Assembly: GCA_951406725.2 (NCBI GenBank)
Contig: OX597823.1
Location: forward strand, 80,724,001-80,788,000
DNA length: 64,000 bases
Source: Octopus vulgaris
Lineage: Eukaryota
Direction: 5' to 3'
Under the pieces are notes generated by a model. The model had not been told where the DNA came from, made no database searches, and saw only the letters and a list, made by a program, of their open reading frames with translations. Position 1 is the stretch's first letter; every line of letters starts with the position of its first letter. Both the position numbers and the translations under genes were made by a program. Of the stretch, positions 41,116-54,934 are shown one piece after another.

Positions 41116-41319
41116 CTGTCCAGCTGAGTGGACTGGACCAAGGTGAAATGAAGTGTTTTGTTGAAGTTCTCAGGAATTGAAACCACAATCTTACAATATT
41201 GGGTCCAACACCCCTAACCACTAAGCCACGTGCCTCCACACATATCTGCTATATTCCGATAAACAAACTGTCTCATCTGTGTTTTTTATGTTTGCTTTTC
41301 TCTTTTCTTTACAGTAAAT

Positions 41320-41389
41320 ATGAATAGCAAGATGTCACCAGTCTTACTCTTCCTCTTCTTCTGTTTAACCATTCATTTCACGAATGGAG
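41320..41389 (+). CDS. GH18 chitinase, coding exon 1 (signal peptide)
   Basis: Polypyrimidine tract and AG at 41313-41314, ATG at 41320, MNSKMSPVLLFLFFCLTIHFTNG (hydrophobic signal-peptide-like), donor G|GTAAGA at 41390. Phase 1 matches the next exon. The acceptor implies an unseen upstream 5'UTR exon. Confidence 0.75.
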
Positions 41390-42200
41390 GTAAGAATGAT
41401 GTACACTTTCTTTCTATTATCATCATCATCATCACCACCACCATTATCATCATTATCGCCACCCCCACCCTCACAACTATCACCATCATCATTCTTTAAT
41501 ATCTGTCTTCCATGCTGTAATGGGTGGATGCCCTTTCTAATACCAACTATTTTAAAGTATGCTGGATACCTTTTTCTTATGACACCAGCTCTAGTGAGGT
41601 TGCCATGTAGCTTACAAGACTAAGATCTTCTTTGACAATGCAGAAAGGCAGTAGAAAGAAGGATTTTTACTGATGCAGACCATCACCACAAGTTTCCATT
41701 GTTCTCTTCAGGGTCAATAATGTACCAGTCCAGTAGTGGGCTATATTCTTATCAAGGCGGCGAGCTGGCAGAAATGTTAGCGCACCGAGCAAAATGCTTA
41801 GCGGTATTTCGTCTGCCATTATGTTCTGAGTTCAAATTCTACCGAGGTCGACTTTGCCGGTCATCCTTTCGGGGTCGATAAATTAAGTACCAGTTACGCA
41901 CTGGAGTTGATGTAATCGACTTAATCCGTTTGTCCTCTCTGTGTTTAGCTCCTTGTGGGCAATAAAGAAATATATATTCTTATCACTCCTTGTTTCTCTC
42001 TGGGCTGTAGCTTTAATTAAAAGGTCCCTCCTTCTCAGATCATCATCATATCCCAAACTGATTTGGCCTGAAAATTGCATTATAAACAAACATATCCATG
42101 AAATACTCAGTTGCTTATATGCAAACCTCTTGAGTACGAGTTCAGTTGGTGAGCAAATGACTGTTTGATTTCAAGAGTAATGGAGAATCTGCAATCTTAT

Positions 42201-43151
42201 ATACATGGAAGTGCTTAAAAGTTCCTGGCTTTAAGGCCATTTTGAAAGGCCTGGTTGGAGACCCAAGTTTCTGAGTTCTTTTATGGGACTTAGAAAAACT
42301 GAAGGACTACTGCAATAAGTTTGTGAATCAGAGAGGGGGAATATCATCATCGTTTAATGTCCAATTTCCATGCTGTCATGGGTTGGATGGTTTGACAGGA
42401 GCTGGCCAGCCAGGAAGCTGTACAGACTCCAATTGTCTGTTGTGGCATGATTTCTATGGCTGGATGCCCTTCCTATTGCCAACCACTTTACAGATTATGT
42501 TGGGTGCTCTTTTCATGTCACTGGCACCAATGCATTTACACAGGACGGGCACAAGGGCATTTTATGTGGAACCGGCACCTGTAAGGAACAAGCCTGTATG
42601 TATAGATAACAGTTGTTTTACTTAGCTTGTCACATCTTATCAAGTACAGCAAATTGCCACATCTCCTGGTCCCTTGTATTTTCCTCAGTGAAGCCCAGCA
42701 TCCAAAGATCCTTTCTCACCACTTTGTCTCACGTCTTTGTGGGTCTACCTCTTCCACTGCCGTTCAAGAATTTGGACCTGGAGATCTCCATTTCCAGTGA
42801 CTTCAAGGGCCACCTCCCAGTGGTGTTGAGCATCAATAAAAAGCCCTCGACTAAAAGACGACCAAAGTCTTTTTGTTTTTTCTCCAAGGTCTGGAGTCCC
42901 CCGCCCCTAAGCCCTAGACCATCACCTAATCACCCTTATCCATCTTGTTGCTTAACAACAACAACAACAATAACCCCTTCCACAAGTTTCCCCCACAGTT
43001 AGAGCTCGACACTTCTTTATGCAGCTGTCCTCATATTCCTCATTTTAAACATGTTATCTCGAGTGGGGAACATCTTGAATGCAATCATACTTAACTGATT
43101 CTCTTTTATTTTCTTTTACCCAAAACCAGGAACTTTTCAGCCCCCTCTCAT
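42201..43151. mobile_element. Mariner-like non-autonomous remnant interrupted by an RTE-tail repeat
   Basis: TIR-like ends gcttaaaagttcctggcttt / aaaccaggaacttttcagc with TA. Short mariner C-terminus-like peptide LEKLKDYCNKFVNQRG. Confidence 0.45.
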
Positions 43152-44419
43152 ATACGTATTTAAAAAAATTTAAATGCACCCTTTTTTAAAGCCTAGCCAG
43201 GCGGGCCCAGTTTCCCGGTTTCAATGGCATATGTGTTCCCCAGCTGGACAGGACACCAGTCCATTGCAGCGTTACTCATTTTTGCCAGCTGAGTGGACTG
43301 GAGCAACGTGAAATGAAATGTTTTGCTCAAGAACACAACACGTCACCCGGTCCAGGAATCGAAACCACAATCTTTCGATCATGGTGCTGACACCCTAACC
43401 ACTAAGCCATGTGCCTCCACTCATATACATATATATCTATCTAAATGGTATTGTGGATTTAGAAAAGGAGAAATGCTGAAAACAACATACCCAACACATG
43501 CACTTTAAACAACAGGTGCATTGTTCATTTTACAGTCATGCAGAATATTCCTAAATGAAAACTTCAAACAGGTTTTACACCACATATTGACACTTCTGTT
43601 TACATCAAATGTTGTCTCTGTACCTCACGTTATTTGACCAAGAATTTTTTATTTAAATAGTTGCACCTATTTAAATACCTTATGATATACATGCACTTAC
43701 TACACACACACACACACACACATGTATATGTATGTGTGCTTGTTCGTATAGATGTGTATAGATACTGAGTCCAGATGCACAGCTGTGGATTTGGGTTTGT
43801 GTGTGTTCGTTTGTATACATAGATGCTCAATCAAGATACACTGCATCCTTTAAAAATTCCATGCTTTCTGAAAGTTACCAACATTTCTCAACTTTGCCTT
43901 TCATTCTTTCTGGTTCAATAAAATAAGTACCAGTTGCACACTGGGGTCAGTGTAATTGACTTGCCTGCTCTCTTTTACTCTTTTACTTGTTTCAGTCATT
44001 TGGCTGCAGCCATGTTGGAGCACTGCCTTTAGTCAAGCAAATTGATCCCAGGACTTATTCTTTGTAAGCCTAGTACTTATTTTATCAGTCCCTTTCACCG
44101 AACCACTAAGTTACGGGGACGTAAGCACACCAGCATTGATTGTCAAGCAATGTTGGGGGTGAGAAATACAGACATACAAACACACACATACATATATACG
44201 ATGGGCTTCTTTCAGTTTCTGTCAACCAAATCCACTCACAAGGCTTTGGTCGACCTGAGGCTATAGTAGAAGACACTTGCCCAAGGTGCCATGCAGTGGG
44301 ACTGAACCTGGAACCATGTGGTTGGTAAGCAAGCTACTTACCACACAGCCACTCTTGTGCTTCATTAAAAAAAATTGCTGATCTTGTGCCGATAGAAGAA
44401 AGGATCATCACCCCACCAC

Positions 44420-45788
44420 CCAGTGTAAGCTATAGACACATAAGAGGTGCAGCAATATCAAAGTGAAGGTTAACTGGGAAGATAGTTTTTGTATGTGGCA
44501 GCTCAGGAGCAATAAACACTGAAAATGTGCAGAGAACAACTTCTGCTACATTCCAGGAAGAAAAACTAGAAAACTGCCACATTCTAGGAAGAAAAACTTG
44601 GTCACCTAGGTAACGGAAGCTATCAAGTAGTTGATAGCTTCCGTTACCTAGGTGACCAAGTCAGTAGCAGGGGTAGGTGCACTGAGAGTGTAGCTGCTAG
44701 AATAAGAATAGCCCGGGCAAAGTTCAGAGAGCTCTTACTTCTGCTGGTGACAAAGGACCTCTCACTCAGAGTAAAAGGTAGACTGTATAATGCATATGTA
44801 TGAATAGCCATGCTACATGGCAGTGAAACATTGTCCGTGACTGCTGATGACATGCGTAAGCTTGCAAGGAATGAAGCCAGTATGCTTTGCTGAATGTGCA
44901 ATGTCAGTGTGCATACTCAGACAGAGTGTAAGTACCTTGAGAGAAAAGTTGGCCCTAAGAAGCATCAGTTGTAGTGTGCAAGAGAGACGTTTGCGCTGGT
45001 ATGATCATGTAGCGAGAATGGATGAGGATAGCTGTGTGAAAAAGTGCCACACCCTAGTGGTTGAGGGAACCTGTGGAAGAGGTAGACCCAGGAAGACCTG
45101 GGATGAGGTGGTGAAGCACGACCTTCGAACATTGGGCCTCACCGAGGCAATGACTAGTGACCGAAACCTTTGGAAATATGCTGTGCTTGAGAAGACCTGG
45201 CAAGCCAAGTGAGACCATAACCCGTGGCCTATGCGAGGGGTGTAACCAGCCCACTTATGCACACCTTTCCTTCATTGGACACTAAACTCTGCTTGCGAAG
45301 ACCTGTTGAGGCAAATGAAATCAAAATCGAAATCAAATTCAATGACTGGCATCTGTGCTAGTGGAGTGCTAAGAGCATCAACCAAGCGTGATCGTTGCCA
45401 GAGCAGCTAACTGGCTTCCATGCCGGTGGCATGTAAAAAGCACCATATGAGCATGATCGTTACCAGCGTCGCCTTACAGGCACTTGAAAAAATATTTGTG
45501 CGAGGTCGTTGCCAGTGCCATTGGACTGGCTCCTATGCAGGTGACACATAAAAAAACACCATTTGAATGCGGCTGTTGCCAGAACTGCCTGACTGCCCCT
45601 TGTGCCAGTGGCATGTAAAAGCACCCACTGCAATCTCAGAGTGGTTGGCGTTAGGAAGGGCATCCAGCTGTAGAAACTCTGCCAGATCAGATTGGAGCCT
45701 GGTGCAGCCATTTGGTTCGTCAGTCCTCAGTCAAATCGTCCAACCCATGCCAGCATGGAAAGCGAATGTTAAATGATGATGATGATGA
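44420..45788 (+). mobile_element. RTE-clade LINE 3' fragment with 3'UTR and (ATG)n tail
   Basis: FRYLGD.., MLHGSET, RLRWYDHVARMDEDSCVKKC...GRGRPRKTWDEVVKHDL, then the 3'UTR shared with many shorter copies, ending atgatgatgatg. Confidence 0.85.
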
Positions 45789-45922
45789 TATATACTTGGA
45801 GAATAGTTTTCCTATGCAATATGTGGGAGTTAGCTTGGATCATAATCTCTTCTAATACATATACATACGTATGCATGTATGTGTGTATGTGTGTGTGTGT
45901 GTGTGTGTATGTGTGTTATTTG

Positions 45923-46126
45923 TGTATTAAGGTTACCATTGGTTATATTAAGGAATACCTCAACAATTATCAAGCTTATCACATGGAAATATCAGTGTTC
46001 ATTTCCATTTTGGATTAAAACATCAACATTTAATCCAAAATGGAGACGAACATCAATTTTTCTGTGTGAGAGGCTTGATAATTGTTGAGGTATTTCTTAA
46101 CATGAAACCAATGGTAGCCTTAGCAC
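45923..46126. repeat. Small imperfect inverted-repeat element
   Basis: About 55-bp arms: taaggttaccattgg...aatacctcaacaattatcaagc / gcttgataattgttgaggtatt...ccaatggtagcctta. Confidence 0.65.
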
Positions 46127-46451
46127 TTTATCCACTAATGCAATGTTGAGCGCTTATTCTCAATGTTTGATATTTACATAGACACACACACACATTTCAT
46201 TTTTTTCTTAAATGAGTTTTAGATCTCTTAAATAGTTTGGTATCCAGTGGTGCCCATGAGGTGAGTTATTCCTTATCAGACACTAATCTGTTATTTATTT
46301 ATTTCAGTGCTATGTATTCAAAATACACACACATGCATTTGCACATGCGCACACACACACACACACACACACTCACATACTCAACAATGAACTAAGAAAT
46401 TATATACTTACAGATGTACAAACAAACACATTATGTATGTATATACATAAA

Positions 46452-46500
<49 letters not shown>

Positions 46501-47299
46501 CATATATCATCATCATCATCATTTAACGTCTACCTTCCATGCTGGCATGGGTGGGATGCACACATATGCACATGCCCTTCCTACATTATACACACAATAC
46601 AATAATGAGTAACAGCTAATCATTAAAATTCTTTGTGAAATTCCCCTGTAATTATGACAACATATTTACTGTAATCCCTGATAAATAAAAAAAAGGATAT
46701 ATTTTAGTGTATTTATAAATATAAATATATAGTTAAACACATTTGTGTGACACATATAGATTACAGCTGTCTCCCAAGAAATTGCTTTGATGTTTGTATT
46801 CATTCACCAGCACTAACACCAGTTATAAATAAGTACAATGGGGTACTTATTTCACGAAATAGCTCAGTTTAAAATGTATAATTTAATGCCGTATTTTCCA
46901 ACATACAAGTTGACATGATATAAAGCGTGAACATACAGTGTAAACATGTAGTGTAAACATTCAAACATCATTACTCTCTATCTAAATAGTGTTGCATTTC
47001 AGGTGAAATTTTCAGTCCTGCAATGATGCCATGATGTATAAATTGACCTACTTTTCTTGAATATGTATTTTGGTCTAAAAAAATTTTACCGGCTAGAAAT
47101 ATCAACCAAATTCCTTCAAATCGCATATTTTTTTTTCTAAACCATAATCATTGCTCACAGGCCATTGTAACAACCTAGTAACATGAATCATGTTTTTGCT
47201 AATTGTTTGGTGTCTATGAAGTAATGTGTGGGTAGATGTCCTTGTGGCTTTTCATCTTTGATCCTGTGGAACATTGAGGATATGACTACTAGGGTGAGA

Positions 47300-47592
47300 A
47301 AAAACAGGAAATTGAAAGGAGAGGGAGAGAGGAAGGGAGAGCAAGATAAAGAGAGGAGATGGAGAGATGGAGAGAGAGGAAGAACAAGAGAGATAGAAAG
47401 AGAGAGAAAGGGAGAGATAGGAAAAAGAGAAAGAGAGAGAAAGAGAAATAGAAATAGAGAGAGAAAGAGAAAGAGAGAGGGGAAGCAAGAGAGAGAGAAA
47501 GGGAGAGAGAGCAAGAAAGAGAGAGATAGGAAAAAGAGAAAGAAAGAGAAAGAGAAAGAGAGAGAGAAAATAGAGAGAGAGAGAGAGAGAAA
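47300..47592. repeat. Polypurine GA-rich low-complexity tract
   Basis: Almost exclusively A and G on the + strand. Confidence 0.9.
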
Positions 47593-47894
47593 ACTGCCTT
47601 GTTCTAAGACACAATGTACCACCATATCCCTGGAATTGAATCTCATGGCTGTGTGTTCAACATCCTAACCAGTATGTCAAGCGTTTCTTTTACAAACCAT
47701 ATCAGGTCGTCTTGTCAAAGGAAAGACATGGTTGACAATATAGTCTTAGATATACAAACATTTGTGTTGGCCACTACTGGAATACCTTCAACCACTGGTT
47801 TATTTGATGAAGAGTGATCTGAGATTAAACATCAGAAACCAATCAAAACACACTCCTCCAGAGTCATATCCCAATGATGATCATATTCAACGCA

Positions 47895-48346
47895 AAAAAT
47901 CATGTAAAAGAATTGCCAAAACAATCACAGTAATGAAAACATAGGAATCCAAAATTTCAGGATCGCAGGTCCAGATTCGGCCCAGAATGTTTTCAATTTA
48001 CTCATTGAGTTAGCCTTTAGATTATAAGTATTGTTACATACAAAAAAATTTGTCATGAAAAGTCATGTAAAAAAAATTGCCGAAAACAATAACAGTAATG
48101 AAAAGTTGGAAATCCAAAATTTCAGGATCACAGGTTTAAATTCGTCATCAAATGTTTTTAATTTACTCACAGAGTTAGCCTTTAGATTATGAAAATTATT
48201 ATCATGCAAAAAAATAGGTCACAAAAAGTCATGTAAAAGAATCGCTGTAAACAATTACAGTAACAAAAACTAGGGAATCCAAAATTTCAGGAGTGTGGGT
48301 CCAGATTCGGTCTGGAATGCTTTTAATTTACTCCCAGAGTCAGCCT
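47895..48346. repeat. About 165-bp tandem repeat, about 2.7 copies
   Basis: catgtaaaa...ggaatccaaaatttcaggat...aatttactc..gagt.agcct recurs at 47901, 48064 and 48230. Confidence 0.85.
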
Positions 48347-48453
48347 GATTCAAAATGGTATGATATGTTGGGCTATGGCCTCTAGGAGTAAAGTTGAGAC
48401 AGTGCAACACACTGACATTCACATTTATCATATTATACTAATATTATATTATA

Positions 48454-48753
48454 TCTTTATATATAAAAGTGAAGTTGTGTGTCTGTCTCCTACGATTTAG
48501 ATTCTTAACTACTCCCACATTTTGCGGTGCAGTGTAACCAAAAGCGGGTATCTTATAGTCGTGATTCATATCGAGCCCTTCTGGGTATTAGCGCGCGTCT
48601 ACGATGAGTCTACGATTTAAAAAAAATTTACCATCATTTTTTCCCCATTTTTAATGCATTTTTTTTGCTATTATATAAGGGAAGTAACTCTCTAAAAATG
48701 CTTATATAGTTATTTCCCTCACAAACCCGAGCAACGCCGGGCGATACTGCTAG
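48454..48753 (+). mobile_element. Non-autonomous Helitron-like element (shorter relative of 7494-8008)
   Basis: Near-identical to 7494-7710 joined to 7928-8008, ending CTAG|T. Confidence 0.7.
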
Positions 48754-49187
48754 TATATATATATATATATATACATGACCGGCTTCTTTCAGTTTCCGTC
48801 TACCAAATCAACTCACAAGGCTTTGGTCAGCCCGAGGCTATAGTAGAAGACACTTGCCCAAGGTGCCATGCAGTGGGGCTGAATTCGAAACCACTTCTTA
48901 CCACACAGCCACTCCTGCACCCATTTGTTTACAATGCCTATCTTACTCTTAGAGGGGTTGACCCTTTAGCATTCAAATTATTCTGTCAAATGTAACACTT
49001 ATTTATTCACATTGTTTTGAATTTATCATGCATTATCTCATAGCTTTGAGATTTCAATTATGTGATTGTTTATTTTTAGAATGACATAGTAGGGTAGGTG
49101 TGAGAGGCCAGACCTGGCCAGTTTGAACATAAAACAAGTACAATATTTTGATTAGATATGGCTGGTTTAAGAGAAAAAAAGGGTTAA

Positions 49188-49465
49188 TCAGCTTCCACTT
49201 TCTAGTTCAAATAGTGATTCATCTATAAGAACAAGGTCATCAGCATAGAGAAGCTCCCAAGGGCAGCCAGTTTTCAATTCCACTATAATGGCCTGGAGGA
49301 TTATGATGAACAAGAGGGGTCTGAAAACCAATTCTTGGTGAACTCCTACTTGTACCCTGAATTCATCTCTATACTCATTGCCAACCTTCACCTTACTGAT
49401 AGCATCCCTGTACATGGCTTGTACATCTTTCACCAACCACTCATCAGTCCCTAGCTTCTGCACTG
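49188..49465 (-). mobile_element. RTE-clade RT fragment
   Basis: FRVQVGVHQELVFRPLLFIIIL...PWELLYADDLVL. Confidence 0.8.
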
Positions 49466-49925
49466 ACCACCAGATGAGGGAACAGAGGTATATACATACA
49501 TACATATCATCATCATCGTTTAGCGTCCGCTTTCCATGCTGGCATGGGTTGGACGGTTCAACTGGGTTCTGGGAAGCCAGAAGGCTGCACCAGGCCCAGT
49601 CTGATCTGGCAATGTTTCTACAGCTGGATGTCCTTCCTAATGCCAACCACTCCATGAGTGTAGTGGGTGCTTTTTACATGCCACCGGCACAGGTGCCAGA
49701 CGAGGTTGGCAAACGGCCACGATTGGATGGTGCTTTTTAAATGCCACCGGCACAGAGGCCAGGTGAGGCTGGCAAATGGCCACGATCGGATGGTGCTTTT
49801 TACGTGCCACTGGCACGGAGGCTAGATATATATATATATTGTATCATGTTTTATGTGTGTGTTTTAGCTATAGCCATATGCAACATATATAAACTTTCTC
49901 TATAGCTTCTCATTCTGTTTTCCAG

Positions 49926-50344
49926 GAAAATCAAAATACATAAGTGCATGCTACTACACCAACTGGTCTCCAGTGAAGCAGGAAGCAAAAGCTCGTTTAT
50001 TTCCTGAGGATTTGCCTGGCAACTTGTGTACGCATCTTGTGTATGCGTTTGTCAAAATCAAAGATGACTTATCCATATATACATCAGAAGAAAAAGATCT
50101 TACTGGTAATTATGAGAAGTTTAATGCACTTAAGAAACAGTACAATACCGTTACATTGCTTTCAGTCGGTGGAGAAGCTGCTGAAAACAGACACTTTGAA
50201 ATGGTATCAGCAACAGTGGAAAATCGAACAAAATTTACCGATAATATTATTACTTATGTACGGAGGTACAATTTTGATGGAATTGATATTGACTGGGAAT
50301 ATCCAAATTCTTTTACAAGACACAACTTCACTTTGCTTCTAAAG
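49926..50344 (+). CDS. GH18 chitinase, coding exon 2 (catalytic exon)
   Basis: ttttccag acceptor. Encodes KSKYISACYYTNWS...LCTHLVYAF...LLSVGG...YNFDGIDIDWEYP (DxxDxDxE intact). Donor AAG|GTAAGG, phase 1 to 0. Confidence 0.95.
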
Positions 50345-50942
50345 GTAAGGAGTCTTTCTCATTTCTTTCATCTTAACTGCTGCATAGTTACTTATTCTAT
50401 TGGTCTCTTTTGATGAACCACTAAGTTATGACAGTGTAAACAAACCAGCTCCAGTTGTGAAGTAGTGGTAGAGTGAACTGGTACTTCTTAGGTTAGGATG
50501 AAGTGAGAGTTCCAGGATCTGAGCAACAGAACAGACTGCTCATGAAATTAATGTGGAAGTGGTTGAGCACTCCATGGGCACATGCATCCTTAACATCAGA
50601 AAGAGTATGTAACCATAGAATATTGACTCAAGAAACCCATGCCAGTGTGAAAAAAGCTGACATTAAAGCAAATCAAGCTCTATTTTTTTCCCATCAATAA
50701 ATAAATGGAAATTTGCTATGGAGTGAGTGGATTGCAAGAGAAATCTTGAGAAGAACTCTTGTTGTCAAGCAGGCATTTCAGCTTTTAGTAGCGGAGGCTC
50801 TAAAGGAGCCAGGTCCATCTTGGTCATGATTCCTAAATGTCATGTTGCTGTTTATGAAATACTGCCTTTAGTGGGACTTGAAAATGGATCCTTTGGCTGA
50901 TCTTATTTCCATGAACTGTGGTGCATATTGCTCAGCCACATA

Positions 50943-51452
50943 CCGTAAATCCTCAAGTATAGTCCACCCTTGAGTATAATATGCAGGGGATTTTTAGGGG
51001 GCTGCACCTCTGAAAACCTAAACCTTGTGTATAATACGCACCCCTTCTCTAACTTGAGTCAAGAAGGTCTATATAACGTCCAGGGTTTGTAAAACTGTAT
51101 ACGGTAACGTCCTGTATTATTATTGTATATATAACATAATGCAAACGTATAGCTTTTTTGTGCATTTTGTTTGCAGAAAATATAGAAATAACAGTAATAA
51201 CGTTTAATAAATGTTGCTTATTGCAAGTTATGGATGATTCTTTTATGACTTCATTGCTTTCAGGCTTAGCTTAAAGTATTTTCACGCCCAGCATCCCAAA
51301 ATGCATCTGAATAAACATTGCCGGACAGCAAATAGAGACTCGGACATTGCTTAGAAAATAATTTTCATTTTTAACCTCGTATATAGTACGCACTAAAGAC
51401 TTTGACCTTTAAATTTTTGGGGAAAATGCGGATTATACTCGAGGATTTATGG
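50943..51452. mobile_element. Second copy of the same TA-flanked MITE, in chitinase intron 2
   Basis: Same TIRs and interior as 28773-29329. Confidence 0.85.
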
Positions 51453-52411
51453 TAGACCACCACAAGAACTTGCACTGTGGATTTGTTTCTAACTGGGTTT
51501 TCTTCCAACTATGTTTATTAGTTTACAGTCTTTCTTTTCAGCTTCAGCAATCATCTCTCTTTGCCTGTATCCACATTGAGCCTTTCTCAGTTGTTCCTAA
51601 CAGGCATTTCATTGCCACTGTTCTTTTGCTTCAGTAATATAAGTTATGAATGAGCAACATTGACTTTGATGTATGACTGTGTCTGCACCAATAAATTTAG
51701 TTATAGATGCAACAACCCTTAGTGTCTATGTAGCTGTTCATAAGACCTGGTCAATATCTGTATGGACATCCACACTGGACTGTGTGAGCAGATCCATATG
51801 AATGTATGACAGCTAATTTAGAATTTGTTTGCATGTCGTTGTTATTAAGCAACAAGACAGGTAAGGGTGATTAGGTGATGGTCTAGAGCTTAGGGGTGGG
51901 AGACCCCAGACCTTGGAAAAAAAAAACTTTGGTTGTCTTGTTGTAGTCGAGGGCTCTTCGTTGACGTCTGACACCACTGGGAGGTGGCCCTCGAAATCGC
52001 TGGAAATGGAGATCTCCAGGTCCAAATTCTTGGACGGCTGTCTGCATGTCTGTATGTATGTGTAGATAGATGAAGGGTACCATTGTTCTCTCCAAATTTT
52101 GTGCACTATGTGTACATACATGTTTTGTTGTCAGTACATAAGAAATTAAAATGTGCATGAAAGATAAGCTACTTAAAATGATGAAGCAATTAATAATTAT
52201 ACTTATCATACACTGATCGTGCACATACTTTTGTCACAGGAAAAAAGAATTGTGCCCCATAAGATTCCAGTACATGCTGACAACTAAAAATTAACACCAA
52301 CTCTGTCAAGTGTCATTAATCTTAGACTCTGTGATTTTGAAATAAATGTTTGTTTCAGTTGCTTGCTTGAAAAAAATATTTTTAAGAATGTTTTTTTTCT
52401 AATTTCTTAAG

Positions 52412-52536
52412 ACATTAAGAGATTCTATTGAGAAAGAAGTAGAAAAATCAAAGAGAAACAAATTGGTATTATCAGCTGCTGTTGGCGTTGGTAAACAACG
52501 TATCACAGATGGTTATGAAGTGGATAAAGTCTCTAA
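52412..52536 (+). CDS. GH18 chitinase, coding exon 3
   Basis: T-rich tract plus AG. TLRDSIEKEVEKSKRNKLVLSAAVGVGKQRITDGYEVDKVS(K) matches the GH18 L.LSAAV...GY pattern. Donor GTAAGT, phase 0 to 2. Confidence 0.9.
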
Positions 52537-52679
52537 GTAAGTTTTTATCATTGCCTTTTTATATTTTAATTAAACATGTCACTAGTCTTTTACTTTTTTG
52601 TTTTTAAGTTAGTCAAAGAAAGTGTCAGTCACATTTGCCTCCAAGACTTATGAGATTAATGTGATTGATGTTTGTATTT

Positions 52680-52741
<62 letters not shown>

Positions 52742-53883
52742 TTAATGTCCGCTTTCCATGCTAGCATGGGTTGGACGATTTGACTGAGGACTGGCAAACC
52801 AGATGGATATGCCAATCTCCAATCTGATCTGGCAGAATTTCTACAGCTGGATGCCCTTCCTAACGCCAACCACTCCGAGAGTGTAGTGGGTGCTTTTACG
52901 TGCCACTAGTGCGAGGGCCAGTCTGGCGGTACTGGCAATGGCCATGCTCGAAATGGTGTTTTTTATGTGCCACCTGCACAGGAGTCAGTCCAGCGGCACT
53001 GGCAATGACCTCGCTTGAATGTTTTGTTCACGTGCCAGTAAGGCGACGCTGGTAACGATCACACTCAAATGGTGCTTTTTAGGTACCCAGCGGCATGGAA
53101 GCCAGACAGCTGCTCTGGCAGTGATCCTGCTTGGATGGAGCTGTCAGCGCTCCACTGGCACGGGTGCCAGTCATCGAATTTGGTTCAATTTTGATAAAAG
53201 AAAAGAAAACACAATGAAATTCTAAAGTATGGCAGTTTTGGAAAGGAAAGTTTGAGTTAATGCTTAGTTCCGAAGTAGGAGTGATGAGAAGAGGAGAGAC
53301 AGATTTTAAATGGGAATGGATTGAGAAGATAAGCATTTAGCTAGGTCAGAGGAACTGAAACCATTTTTGTGATAAAAGAAGCAATGGCTTGTATGTGAGC
53401 AAGTGATGGTGCAATCTTACAGCATGAACATACTGAACAGTTACCTGGGGGCCTCACAGATCTAGGGTCCCAATTCTAATCTATATATACTATGGCTTGG
53501 TATCACTAAATAAATACTATAGGGCTCAGTAATTTGATTCCCTTGGGGACCTAAAATGCTTCTAAGATGGCCCTTTTGGTGAATCTGTAATTATCGATGT
53601 GAGATGGAGTAAGCAGTGTTGTCTGTGTGTACATGATGGTAAAACTTGCCTTGTAGAGATAAATCTTTTGGGATTTGGAAGAATTTTGAAAGTAAGGAGG
53701 CTGCAGATGTAGATTTTAATTTCACCAGAAATGCTACTAATAGAGATATCTAGATTAGGAAGTAGTGGATTGAAAGGAATCTGCCCCCATGACTCTTCTT
53801 GGATAAGTGGGGAAAAAAGAGATGAGATGAAATTCTTCGTATGCATGTGACAAACTGAATATTTTTTTGTTTTTATATTTTAG

Positions 53884-54007
53884 ATATGTAGACTTTCTGA
53901 ATGTGATGGCTTATGATTTTCATGGCAGTTGGAACAAAATAACAGGATTTAAAAGTCCTCTCTATGCTCGAAAAAACGATTTGAGATACGAAAAGGAACT
54001 CAGTCAG
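53884..54007 (+). CDS. GH18 chitinase, coding exon 4
   Basis: ttttag acceptor. YVDFLNVMAYDFHGSWNKITGFKSPLY is the GH18 MxYDxxGxW motif. Donor CAG|GTGGGT, phase 2 to 0. Confidence 0.93.
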
Positions 54008-54350
54008 GTGGGTGTTTTATCAAATTTAAACTGAATCATTTCCTTTTATTTCATTTACGATTTTCTGTATCATGTGGAAACTCGTATGGTGCCATGTAAA
54101 AGCATCGATCCTGAAATTACATAAAGTAAAGCATACTTCTTAATCACTTGGTCATGCCAGTACATTTGTCTTTAACTTGTTTCAGTCTTTGGATTGTGGC
54201 CATGCTGGGGCACTATCAAACAAACTGACCCCAATGCTTATTTCTTTCAAACCTGCCACTTATTCTATTGGTCATTTTTTGCTGAACCATTAAGTGATGG
54301 GAGACAAACCAACATAGTTTGTCAGACAGTGGTGGGACAGACACACACAC

Positions 54351-54393
<43 letters not shown>

Positions 54394-54874
54394 TGCATGC
54401 ACACGATGGGCTTCCTTCACTTTCTGCCTACCACATCCACTCACAAATCTTTGGTTGTCCTGTGTCTATTGTGGAAGACACTTGCACAAGGTGCCACACA
54501 ATGGGACTGAACCTGGAATCATGTGCACCTATTTATATATATCTCAAAATTTAATTTCAATAAAGAATATAATAAAATAAAACAAAAAATCTCACAAAGT
54601 TTCACCATCAAGTATTTGACTTTATTGTTTATTCTCTTTTCTTTTACTTGTTTCAGTCAGTTGGCTTTGGCCATGCTGGAGCACTGCCTTGAAATTTTTT
54701 TAAAAAATCAAACAAATCAACTCCAGGACTTATTGTTTAAGCCTAGTACTTATTCTAGTGGTCTCTTTTACTGAACTACAAAGTTACGGGAATGTAAATG
54801 CACCAACACTGGTTGTCAGATGGTGATGGCAGGGGTGGAGACACAAAGACACACACAATACATGCATACATATA

Positions 54875-54934
<60 letters not shown>

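Noticed and set aside
47188-47668. 146-152 aa ORFs rich in R/E/K or L/S/F
   Set aside because: Translation of the GA-rich low-complexity tract.
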